From a virus, in IMG/VR virus record IMGVR_UViG_3300025896_000012, positions 1 through 38,267 of that record: a DNA stretch of 38,267 nt, one strand, 5' to 3'. The notes under the pieces were generated by a model. The model did no database searches. It saw nothing but the letters and a program-made list of their open reading frames with translations, and was not told where the DNA came from. Positions within the stretch are counted from its first letter, which is position 1. Each line of letters starts with the position of its first letter. Below are positions 30,683 to 38,267 of this stretch, piece after piece. The position numbers were made by a program, and so were the translations under genes.

Positions 30683-31186
30683 ATGACTAAGGCAGAACTT
30701 AATAATGATGTTGGCGGTAGACCGACAAAGTATTCTCAGGAACTGGCAGACACTATATGTGAGCGTCTTGCAATAGGTGAATCTTTACGAACTGTGTGTA
30801 AACCAGATAGTATGCCCTCAGTGTCTACGATATTTAATTGGTTCAGATCACAAGAGGGGTTTTTGGAACAATACGAGAAGGCTAAGCAAGAATCTGCTGA
30901 TGCTATGGCTGAAGATATACTTGAGATTGCTGACAATCCACAGATGGGTGAAATACGCACTATAAAGCCTGACGGTTCTGTTGAAGTAAAGCAGGATGAG
31001 ATGTTAGGGCACAGAAGATTACAGATAGATACTCGCAAATTCTTAATGGCCAAGATGAAGCCTAAACGTTATGGCGATAGCCTGGATCTTACTACTAAGG
31101 GAGAAAAGCTACCAACACCGATATTAGGAGGGTTAGCCAAAGATGTATCAACTGACGACAGCAACGAAGAAACTATCAAAGCTTAA
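30683..31186 (+). CDS. terS: Terminase small subunit
   Basis: MTKAELNNDVGGRPTKYSQELADTICERLAIGESLRTVCKPDSMPSVSTIFNWF is the common TerS HTH N-terminus. The track start GTG 30524 sits inside the -10 box and lacks an SD. Confidence 0.7.
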   Translation: MTKAELNNDVGGRPTKYSQELADTICERLAIGESLRTVCKPDSMPSVSTIFNWFRSQEGFLEQYEKAKQESADAMAEDILEIADNPQMGEIRTIKPDGSVEVKQDEMLGHRRLQIDTRKFLMAKMKPKRYGDSLDLTTKGEKLPTPILGGLAKDVSTDDSNEETIKA

Positions 31187-32348
31187 GAGTCGAGTAAGAT
31201 TGGTTGCTGGTGGTACATCAGGTGGCAAGACTATTTCTATTGAGCAACTTTTGATTGATGACGGCCAGACAGATAAGAAGCCTACCCTCACATCTATAGT
31301 CTCTGAATCATTTCCTCACCTTAAACGTGGTGCTATGCGTGATTTCTTAGACATAATGCAGACACACGGGTATTTTGAAGATGCTCGTTGGAACAAAACT
31401 GACTATATCTACACTCTACCAAGCGGGAGTAAGATCGAGTTCTTTAGCGCTGACCAACCGAGTAAGGTGCGTGGGCCGAGGCGAGATAGATTGTTTTGTA
31501 ACGAGGTCAATAACATACCAAGAGAAGCCTGGGAACAACTATTGATTCGTACTAGAGAGTACGCTTGGGCTGACTGGAACCCCACATCAGATTTCTATTT
31601 GTATGAAGACTATGGGCTTGATGAAGAAGAACTCAAGACTAACTCATCTGATGCAGACTTTAGCATCCTGACGTACAAAGATAATGAAGCTTTAGAACAA
31701 GCTATTGTAGATGAAATTGAGCGCAGAGCAAATAACGTTAATTGGTTTAGGGTTTACGGCAAAGGGCTTCGGGGCGAAGTTGAAGGTAAGATCTACAAAG
31801 GTTGGAAGGTTGATCTTGATACCATCCCACACGAAGCACGCCTAGAACGCCGAGGGCTAGACTTCGGCTACTCTCAAGACCCAGCTGCACTTGTAGATGT
31901 GTATTACTACAATGGTGGGTATATCTTAGACGAACAGCTTTATCGTAAAGGCATGAGTAACAAGGCTATTGCAGACTTTGCGAACAACCTAGAGAAACCG
32001 AACACTACAATAGTGGCCGATAGTGCAGAGCCTAAGAGTATAGATGAACTCAAACTCTATAACATTGCTGTGCTACCGGCTCAAAAGGGTGCAGGGTCTA
32101 TTAACCAAGGTATCAACTTCATACAAGACCAGCAGATCAGTGTTACTAAACGCTCGGTGAACCTCATTAAAGAGTATCGGAATTACCTGTGGAAGACTGA
32201 TAAAGAAGGGCGCATCCTAGATATACCAGAAGGCGGGAATGACCACGCACTTGATGCAGTTCGTTATGCTCTTAGCTCATTCAATACTCGTACTGACATA
32301 AAAGCTTACAAACCAGCCAACATGGTTCGCCGAAAGAATAGACAATAA
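31143..32348 (+). CDS. terL: Terminase large subunit (compact, about 400 aa)
   Basis: Walker A VAGGTSGGKT, ATPase coupling region ADWNPTS, and C-terminal nuclease motif GNDHALDAVRYAL. Confidence 0.8.
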   Translation: MYQLTTATKKLSKLKSRVRLVAGGTSGGKTISIEQLLIDDGQTDKKPTLTSIVSESFPHLKRGAMRDFLDIMQTHGYFEDARWNKTDYIYTLPSGSKIEFFSADQPSKVRGPRRDRLFCNEVNNIPREAWEQLLIRTREYAWADWNPTSDFYLYEDYGLDEEELKTNSSDADFSILTYKDNEALEQAIVDEIERRANNVNWFRVYGKGLRGEVEGKIYKGWKVDLDTIPHEARLERRGLDFGYSQDPAALVDVYYYNGGYILDEQLYRKGMSNKAIADFANNLEKPNTTIVADSAEPKSIDELKLYNIAVLPAQKGAGSINQGINFIQDQQISVTKRSVNLIKEYRNYLWKTDKEGRILDIPEGGNDHALDAVRYALSSFNTRTDIKAYKPANMVRRKNRQ

Positions 32349-32360
32349 ACATAAGTAATG

Positions 32361-32369
32361 TGGTATAAT
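32361..32369 (+). promoter_or_regulatory. Extended -10 element TGgTATAAT followed by the AGGCAGG leader motif
   Basis: aaTGTGGTATAATcacgatagactAGGCAGGTCGAGactcttcaGTG. Confidence 0.4.
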
Positions 32370-32400
32370 CACGATAGACTAGGCAGGTCGAGACTCTTCA

Positions 32401-34395
32401 GTGGCTAAAAAAGCACCAAAAACTGTTAAAAATCCGACCAAAGCAAAAAAAGAATCTGCGAAGTATGCAGATCAAGAGCTTGTAGACAAAGTAGTAGGTA
32501 TGTTCCAACAATCATGGGACTATGTATCAGGCTCATGGCATCAACGCTGGGAAGACAACTACAACCTCTACAATAACGAACGTGTGAAGCGTGGCTATGA
32601 TGGTATCACCGATACATTCGTACCTATGACATTCTCGACTATTGAGACTATGACATCTGCGCTATTCGGCACTAAACCTAAGTTTGCGTACACTCCGCCT
32701 AAAGAGAAACCAGACCAAGAAACCGACATATTGAACTCGTTACTTGACTATTATTGGGATAAAGACCAGTGGAGTATCAAGTTCATTACGTGGGGGCGAG
32801 GGTTCTTACGTGAGGGCACATCAGTCGTATATCTGTATTGGGATGGTAACTGCCCTAAGCTTATCAACGTACCTATTCGTGACTTTATCATCGACCCTAC
32901 ATTCAACGGTGAAGGTAAACCTAAGTTCATAGGCCGTCGTTACCTCACTACCAAAGAAGAACTTGAAAGCTTTGAGATCGTTGACCTAGAGGATGGTATG
33001 GAAGCCACCACAGAGGGTAAAGACCACGAGAAGAAAGAATCTAAGACCGAAGAAGCAACAGAAGATTCTAAAGAACCTAAGATGCGTAAGAAGTATAAGG
33101 ATCTCGATAAGCTCGGCATCTACAACTCTGACAAAACCACCGACAAAGAGATTAAAGATATGTGGTATGGCTCTACCCTCGATACTCCCGAAGAAAACCA
33201 AGTAGAAGTTATTGAGATGTGGTACTTCGACCCTGAATCTGGTGAAGATCGTGTTGTATCGGTAGCTAATCGTTGTTGCATTATTGAGAATGTAGAGAAC
33301 TGGTATAAGACTAAAGCCCGTGACAACGGTGAAGAATACCCACAGGCTATTAACCCATTCGCATGGTTGCGTGATTATGTAGATGGCTCACTGTTCTATG
33401 CTAAGAGTGAAGTTGACTTTATATCTGACCAGCAAGAACTACTCAACGACCTTACTAACCAGAACATCGACTCTATCACGTACACATTAAACCAGATGTA
33501 CACACTTGACCCTAAATATGCTCACATGATTGACGAAGTAGAGAACTTACCTGGTGCTGTCTATCCATTTGAAGCTGGTACACTCCAACCTATACCTATG
33601 GGCAACGTGCCTCAAGACGCATTTAATGAACGGCTTAACATCAAGAGTGAAATGCGTGAGACTACAGCATCAAACGAGATCGTTAAAGGTGTTGGTGCTG
33701 AAGGTGGATCTATCACAGCCACAGAAGTTAACGCTCAAATAGCTGGTGCTGGTCAACGTATCGGCCTTAAGATCACCCAGATAGAAGATGAAGGGTTCCA
33801 CAAGCTCGCACAGATCGTATTCGCTATGGTTCGTCTTTACGTCAACGAGCCTATGATGGTACGCATTATCGGTAAAGATGGTATACGCTGGGAAGAATTT
33901 GATCCTAAACAGTTTAAAGATGGGGACTACGAACCACGAGTACAGCTTGAAACTTCTGTCAACAGCCAAAAAGCACAAGACGCTGAGAGCGCTAAAGAGC
34001 TGCTTGCTGGGTTCCTTAACGATCCTGGTGTAAATCAAGAAGAACTTAAGAAGATGGTATTTAGAAAATCATTTGATCTCGATCCTGATGAAATCGAACT
34101 ACTTATTGCCCCACAACTACCACCAGAAATGGGGGGTATGCCTACAGATATGCCAATTGATCCTATGGCTGGCGGTGTTCCACCTGTAGACCCAGCGATG
34201 CTAGCTCCTGTGCCTATGCCCCCTGAGATGGCTGCACCGCCAGAACTTGCACTCCCACCAATGGAGCAACCACTTGCTGAGGCTACACAAGAACAGATAA
34301 TCGAAGCGGTTATCGACCCTCTTACCGGCCAACTCGTGCCACTTGACCCAGCCGTTGCTGATGAACTAGCGCTCTTACAGGGTGGTGTACTATGA
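32401..34395 (+). CDS. Portal protein
   Basis: 664 aa immediately after TerL, with a GTG start. Size and position are typical of portals. Acidic insert at about residues 195-245 and a Pro/Met-rich C-terminal tail. Confidence 0.6.
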   Translation: MAKKAPKTVKNPTKAKKESAKYADQELVDKVVGMFQQSWDYVSGSWHQRWEDNYNLYNNERVKRGYDGITDTFVPMTFSTIETMTSALFGTKPKFAYTPPKEKPDQETDILNSLLDYYWDKDQWSIKFITWGRGFLREGTSVVYLYWDGNCPKLINVPIRDFIIDPTFNGEGKPKFIGRRYLTTKEELESFEIVDLEDGMEATTEGKDHEKKESKTEEATEDSKEPKMRKKYKDLDKLGIYNSDKTTDKEIKDMWYGSTLDTPEENQVEVIEMWYFDPESGEDRVVSVANRCCIIENVENWYKTKARDNGEEYPQAINPFAWLRDYVDGSLFYAKSEVDFISDQQELLNDLTNQNIDSITYTLNQMYTLDPKYAHMIDEVENLPGAVYPFEAGTLQPIPMGNVPQDAFNERLNIKSEMRETTASNEIVKGVGAEGGSITATEVNAQIAGAGQRIGLKITQIEDEGFHKLAQIVFAMVRLYVNEPMMVRIIGKDGIRWEEFDPKQFKDGDYEPRVQLETSVNSQKAQDAESAKELLAGFLNDPGVNQEELKKMVFRKSFDLDPDEIELLIAPQLPPEMGGMPTDMPIDPMAGGVPPVDPAMLAPVPMPPEMAAPPELALPPMEQPLAEATQEQIIEAVIDPLTGQLVPLDPAVADELALLQGGVL

Positions 34396-34610
34396 GCGCA
34401 CTAGGCAAATCTTACAAAGCATTCTTTGAAGATACCGAAGCTGGTAAACTATTTATGCAAAACTTAACCGTTATGATAAGCTCTAAACATGAGCAGTCTG
34501 AGAAGAACCCCGAATCTGCTAGAGACAACAGCCAACAAGCCTACGGCATTCGTGAGGTAGAGAACTACATTAAAACTGCAATGGCAGGGAAGGGAGGCAA
34601 ACCTAAATAG
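34392..34610 (+). CDS. Small head-module protein (72 aa)
   Basis: ATGA overlap with the portal stop. Confidence 0.5.
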   Translation: MSALGKSYKAFFEDTEAGKLFMQNLTVMISSKHEQSEKNPESARDNSQQAYGIREVENYIKTAMAGKGGKPK

Positions 34611-34717
34611 TCGTCACTCCGTAAAGGGAAGCGGGTCTAAATTTTATAAATTTAACACCCTGCCTGGTGCACTCGCTTCTCTTTATGGGCAGGGGACTAA
34701 CTAAAAGGAAGGATGTA

Positions 34718-35440
34718 ATGGAAGAACCAACCACAACTCCAGTCGTAGTAGATTATGGCGCTCAAGCAGCACAACCAGCAGATACCACACCAACTGTAGC
34801 GGTAGACGATACCACTGCACCTGTAGAGCAATCTACACCCAACGAGGGAGAGCCAAGCACGCCTAGTGAACCCGTCGCTGAATCAGACGACGACAAGCTC
34901 GCTAAATGGGCGCAAGCTAAAGGCCTTGAACTCGACAGTGAAAACGCTAAGAAAGCGGCTAAGATGGCTCGTGAAGCTGAAAAAGCAATGCACAGCAAAG
35001 CACAGAAAGCAAGCGAACTAGAAAAAGACCTCTCAGCTACGTCTGATGTTATAGCCGAAGAAATAGCAAGTACAACAGGCCAAGATCCTGAACTTCTCAA
35101 ACGTGTACAACGTATGGAAGTCAAATCAGCCGTACAAGACTTTTGGAATCAAAACCCAGAGGCTCGACAACACGAAGCTGCTATGATTCAGGAACTACAA
35201 GCTAAACCTCACTTAGCTGGTGATCTCGAATCACTCTATGCGAACGTATTAGTAAAGTCTGGAAGTATAAACGCTGTTAAGTCCCAGGCGAAGCAAGAAA
35301 CCTTGCAGAACCTAGCCCAGAAACAACAAGCTGCCGTACCCGCTGGTAACGCCACCGTTTCTGGAACACCGAAGCCTAAAGCTTTTGCTGAAAAATCTAT
35401 CGCTGAGATGGAAGCGGAACTTGGATTTGCCAAAGTATAG
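34718..35440 (+). CDS. Scaffolding protein
   Basis: AAGGAAGG SD precedes ATG 34718 (track start 34667 is upstream). Acidic T/P-rich N-terminus, then a long A/K/E/Q-rich helical region. Lies immediately upstream of the capsid gene. Confidence 0.55.
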   Translation: MEEPTTTPVVVDYGAQAAQPADTTPTVAVDDTTAPVEQSTPNEGEPSTPSEPVAESDDDKLAKWAQAKGLELDSENAKKAAKMAREAEKAMHSKAQKASELEKDLSATSDVIAEEIASTTGQDPELLKRVQRMEVKSAVQDFWNQNPEARQHEAAMIQELQAKPHLAGDLESLYANVLVKSGSINAVKSQAKQETLQNLAQKQQAAVPAGNATVSGTPKPKAFAEKSIAEMEAELGFAKV

Positions 35441-35471
35441 TAGCTCTTAATAATTAAATTGGAGCATTATC

Positions 35472-36410
35472 ATGTCTGCACAGACTACTTCTAGCCTTAG
35501 TCAAGAAATGTCTACTTACTACGAAAAGGTTTTCCTTGCTCGTGCTGAGTACGAATATATCTTTAACCAGGGCGCACAAATGCGTACACAGCCAGCTAAC
35601 GAAGGTAAAAGCGTTGTATTTACTCGCCACACCCCACTAGCTACTGCTACGACTGCACTTACAGAGGGTGTAAACCCTGCTGAAGTCAACCTTACAGCTA
35701 CTAACGTAACAGCTACACTTGCTGAATACGGTAACACTGTTAAGATTTCACGATTCTTGGATCTCACATCAATTGACCGAAACAACAAAGAGAAAATCGA
35801 AGTTGTTGGTCAAAACATGGGTGAAACACTTGATGAAATCACTCGAAACGAATTGTTTACTGGTGCTACAACTCAGTTAGCTGGTGGTAAATCTGCCCTT
35901 ACTGACGTTGCTATCACTGACGTACTCAGCGTTGCTGAACTACGAAAAGCAGTTCGTACTCTTAAGCTAAACAAAGCACGTCGCTACCAAGACCGTGTTG
36001 CTCCTTGGATGGGTAAAGTTGGCCCTAACACCAGCTACGACCTAACCACTGATAGCACGTTCCTATCTGCCGACATTTACGATAACGGAGCTGAAAAGCT
36101 TTACAATGGTGAATTAGGTAAGATCTTAGGTGTTCGACTAATCGAAAGCCCTGCTCAATACGAGGCTGTTAATGCCGGTACTTCAAACGCCGACATCTTC
36201 TCAAACTTCGTACATGGTGCAGACGCATTTGGTTGTATCGACCTTATGGGCGACAAGCCACAACTGTACATCATCCCTCACACTAAGATTGACTCTGGTA
36301 ACCCAGCTGGTCGATTCTCACTAGTGTCATGGGCTGCTTCTTATGTCACTAAGACGCTTAACAGCTCTTGGTTAATTGACATCAAGACTGGTGCAACAGG
36401 CCAAACCTAA
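35472..36410 (+). CDS. Major capsid protein (HK97-fold type)
   Basis: 312 aa following the scaffold, with a TGGAGC SD-like element. The N-terminal pattern YYEKVFLARAEYEYIF...GKSVVFTRHTPL...LTEGVNP...ATLAEYGNTVKIS resembles capsid families. A hairpin follows the stop. Confidence 0.65.
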   Translation: MSAQTTSSLSQEMSTYYEKVFLARAEYEYIFNQGAQMRTQPANEGKSVVFTRHTPLATATTALTEGVNPAEVNLTATNVTATLAEYGNTVKISRFLDLTSIDRNNKEKIEVVGQNMGETLDEITRNELFTGATTQLAGGKSALTDVAITDVLSVAELRKAVRTLKLNKARRYQDRVAPWMGKVGPNTSYDLTTDSTFLSADIYDNGAEKLYNGELGKILGVRLIESPAQYEAVNAGTSNADIFSNFVHGADAFGCIDLMGDKPQLYIIPHTKIDSGNPAGRFSLVSWAASYVTKTLNSSWLIDIKTGATGQT

Positions 36411-36423
36411 GCCTTAGCTTAAG

Positions 36424-36432
36424 TGGTATACT
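36424..36432 (+). promoter_or_regulatory. Extended -10-like element TGgTATACT followed by a GC hairpin
   Basis: aagTGgTATACTgggggtagggcaacttgcccccaacc (ggggg/ccccc stem). Confidence 0.3.
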
Positions 36433-36475
36433 GGGGGTAGGGCAACTTGCCCCCAACCAATTAAAAGGAGCAATT

Positions 36476-36541
36476 ATGGCTAAAGTAGCTACAAAGAAAA
36501 TGAAAAAGTGTTCAAAATGTGGTGGTAAAGGCGTTTGCTAA
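36476..36541 (+). CDS. 21-aa Lys/Cys-rich peptide
   Basis: AAAGGAG lies 7 nt upstream. Hand-translated as MAKVATKKMKKCSKCGGKGVC. The stop abuts the next ATG. Confidence 0.3.
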   Translation: MAKVATKKMKKCSKCGGKGVC

Positions 36542-36751
36542 ATGGTAAAGAAGCCAACTATTAACACAACAGAAAATGTAGGCGAACGCCCATCAACAGC
36601 GCCAGCCAAAGAAGTTAAACAAACAGACGAACAGAAAATGTACTCGCTATATGTACAGGGTAGAAACATTCAATCTATTGCAGATGAATACAAAGTTGAA
36701 GCCCAAGCAGTAGTAGAGGTTATACAGTCAACCGAAAGTAAAAGGAAGTAA
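36542..36751 (+). CDS. Small HTH-like protein (69 aa)
   Basis: LYVQGRNIQSIADEYKVEAQAVVEVI is HTH-like. Paralogous in pattern to the next gene. Confidence 0.5.
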   Translation: MVKKPTINTTENVGERPSTAPAKEVKQTDEQKMYSLYVQGRNIQSIADEYKVEAQAVVEVIQSTESKRK

Positions 36752-36753
36752 TT

Positions 36754-36984
36754 ATGGATGATAGCACCAGGGAAAAAATCATCGGCCACTACCAACGTGG
36801 GCAGGGTTCGATTCAAGACATAGCACGTGTATATAACGTATCAGTAGCAGAGGTATTACGTGTTACTGGCAACAATGATCTAGCTACAGTAACGCTAGGC
36901 GGTGATCTCATAGATCAGAGTGAAGCTGGTAACTCACCAATAAACTACGGCGAGAATATACCTGTACCTTTTACGGTGAACTAA
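36754..36984 (+). CDS. Small HTH-like protein (76 aa)
   Basis: HYQRGQGSIQDIARVYNVSVAEVLRV has the same pattern as the previous gene. Confidence 0.5.
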   Translation: MDDSTREKIIGHYQRGQGSIQDIARVYNVSVAEVLRVTGNNDLATVTLGGDLIDQSEAGNSPINYGENIPVPFTVN

Positions 36985-36985
36985 T

Positions 36986-37234
36986 ATGTACGGTAGAACT
37001 GGCGATCTTGAAAAGCTAAACAAAGATAGAAACGATCAAAGCTTGCCAAAGATTGTACGACAGCGTGCAGATCAAGCTCACCAAACCATTGTGGCGCAAC
37101 TCAAAGATAAAAAGCTCATGGGCCTAAGAGAGCAGCTTATAAACGCAGCAAGAGCAAACGACCTAGAAGCGCAACATAAAATACAAATACAGATGCGAGA
37201 ACATACAGGCGAAGATAAGGAAACTGGACAATGA
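36986..37234 (+). CDS. Hypothetical head-module protein (82 aa)
   Basis: Tightly packed charged helical ORF. Confidence 0.5.
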   Translation: MYGRTGDLEKLNKDRNDQSLPKIVRQRADQAHQTIVAQLKDKKLMGLREQLINAARANDLEAQHKIQIQMREHTGEDKETGQ

Positions 37235-37623
37235 GCGTATTTAGAGAAGCCGACACATCTACCCCCACCCCGACTGCACCAAAAGATGCGGCCATTGTAG
37301 ACGCTGGATCACCTGTTGAAACTCACGCACCCGAACTTCTCGCCACTTACCGTGATGATATGGGCAAGCCTTACGTTGCTGAATACCTAGACGTTACTAA
37401 CGTGTGGGATCAGGACAAAACATTGCAGCGTGATGTTGAGGAGATTGAGGGTTACTTACAAGAGCAAGTCAAGAATGGCGTTTTAGATAACTCTACCAGA
37501 GCTGGCAAAGAGTTTTTAAAGCAACTAGAACGTGATGCTGGACTTACTCGCTACGAAAGCGGTGCAAACAGAATACAGAAGTTATTAGCCTACATAGACT
37601 TTAAAAGGGTTGTCAACTCATGA
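37231..37623 (+). CDS. Hypothetical head-module protein (130 aa)
   Basis: ATGA overlaps on both sides. Confidence 0.5.
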   Translation: MSVFREADTSTPTPTAPKDAAIVDAGSPVETHAPELLATYRDDMGKPYVAEYLDVTNVWDQDKTLQRDVEEIEGYLQEQVKNGVLDNSTRAGKEFLKQLERDAGLTRYESGANRIQKLLAYIDFKRVVNS

Positions 37624-38030
37624 GTGCGCCTAACAAATCTGGGTCTAAGTACGTTTGGACTGATCAAGAGCGTGATAATAACTCTCATGATGATAAATGG
37701 GGTGTGAATGCTGTTGAGCTAGTGGGTGAAAATGCTACCGGCACTGCATTAAATAGAGTGGTTGTTAACGATAGCGGTGCATTCAGCACAGCGTCAACGC
37801 CACCGAAATCTAGCGATGAGTACGGTATTAACGCAATCTCTGAAGATGCAACGTATAAGTATTTCTGGTTCGAGGCGGATGACCTCGACTACTACATCAT
37901 GCGTAAGAACAAAACTACCTCTGTGTTTACTTTTACTAAAGGTACTGGAGGCTATACGTCTGTGTATATAAATGAAACATCAGGCCCAACAGGTTCACCA
38001 ACATGGGGCACAAGAGGGGCTACGTTTTAA
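37620..38030 (+). CDS. Hypothetical head/neck-module protein (136 aa)
   Basis: ORF within the operon; beta-rich composition. Confidence 0.5.
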   Translation: MSAPNKSGSKYVWTDQERDNNSHDDKWGVNAVELVGENATGTALNRVVVNDSGAFSTASTPPKSSDEYGINAISEDATYKYFWFEADDLDYYIMRKNKTTSVFTFTKGTGGYTSVYINETSGPTGSPTWGTRGATF

Positions 38031-38043
38031 TTAAGGAGACACT

Positions 38044-38262
38044 ATGAGAGCTAAAATCACAACAAAATCAGAACTAACATTAAACCTAAGTCAACACTTT
38101 ACATTTGACATCTTGGATGATGACGGCAATACAGTCCTCACTAGCCAGACAGTAGAATGCTCACCAAGCAACGCTGTAGCAGAAATAGCTGCAAAACTAC
38201 AAGCTTACCAGGCGGAATATGAAAAAAGTCAAGATTTAGAAGTAGGAATGGAGATTAGCTAG
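38044..38262 (+). CDS. Hypothetical protein (72 aa) immediately upstream of the tail spike on the circular map
   Basis: AAGGAG lies 6 nt upstream. Its 3' part is also present at 1..122 because of the terminal overlap. Confidence 0.55.
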   Translation: MRAKITTKSELTLNLSQHFTFDILDDDGNTVLTSQTVECSPSNAVAEIAAKLQAYQAEYEKSQDLEVGMEIS

Positions 38263-38267
38263 TGGCA
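38141..38267. repeat. Second copy of the 127-bp terminal overlap
   Basis: Identical to 1..127. It carries the 3' end of CDS 38044..38262 and the first bases of the tail spike gene. Confidence 0.9.

Noticed and set aside
151-36000. All remaining minus-strand ORFs of 60-125 aa in the track (e.g. 151..360, 6716..6991, 7200..7532, 13988..14314, 15860..16237, 26321..26647, 33670..34038, 34762..35124)
   Set aside because: Each lies antisense within a longer plus-strand gene, none has an SD or promoter, and none shows a motif. In a genome with 100 percent plus-strand operon structure they are best explained as chance open frames.

Overview
The window is a complete, gene-dense dsDNA phage genome. 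The first 127 bases are repeated exactly as the last 127 bases, so the contig closes on itself and the unique length is 38,140 bp. Every credible gene is on the + strand; I regard the minus-strand ORFs in the track as shadows.

Reading clockwise:
- Tail spike with a beta-helix core (122-2551).
- A sugar-modification island embedded in the virion operon (3060-7358): three glycosyltransferase-like genes, a UDP-glucose-dehydrogenase-family gene, a GroES-like co-chaperonin and an AP2-domain ORF.
- Virion and tail genes (7383-15340), including an HNH endonuclease.
- A lysis cassette (15352-17233): membrane proteins, a collagen-like protein, a CHAP endolysin and a holin.
- A 1.6-kb sparsely coding control region (17233-18857) with stacked terminators, promoter-like elements, an inverted pair of DnaA boxes and structured RNA.
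- An early/middle region (18858-30499): Rad52-like annealase, YqaJ exonuclease, NinB-like protein, HNH endonuclease, a lytic transglycosylase domain, a GNAxVx repeat protein, two paralogous mini C5-methyltransferase-like genes, a methyltransferase-N-terminus::protein-kinase chimera coupled to a TPR gene, and a secreted protein.
- The packaging and head module (30683-38262): TerS, TerL, portal, scaffold, major capsid and small head proteins.

I saw no integrase, repressor, DNA polymerase, primase/helicase, RNA polymerase, tRNA, rRNA or CRISPR array.

The most unusual items:
- The kinase-TPR cassette fused onto a methyltransferase-like N-terminus.
- The glycosylation island inside the structural operon.
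- The transglycosylase domain, which has no start codon and is reachable only by a -1 shift from a membrane-anchor ORF.
- A 14 x 18-bp coding tandem repeat whose only variation is non-synonymous.
- Two families of phage-specific promoter/leader cassettes, plus three apparently leaderless genes.

All product calls rest on motif recognition by eye and on gene order. No database search was run.
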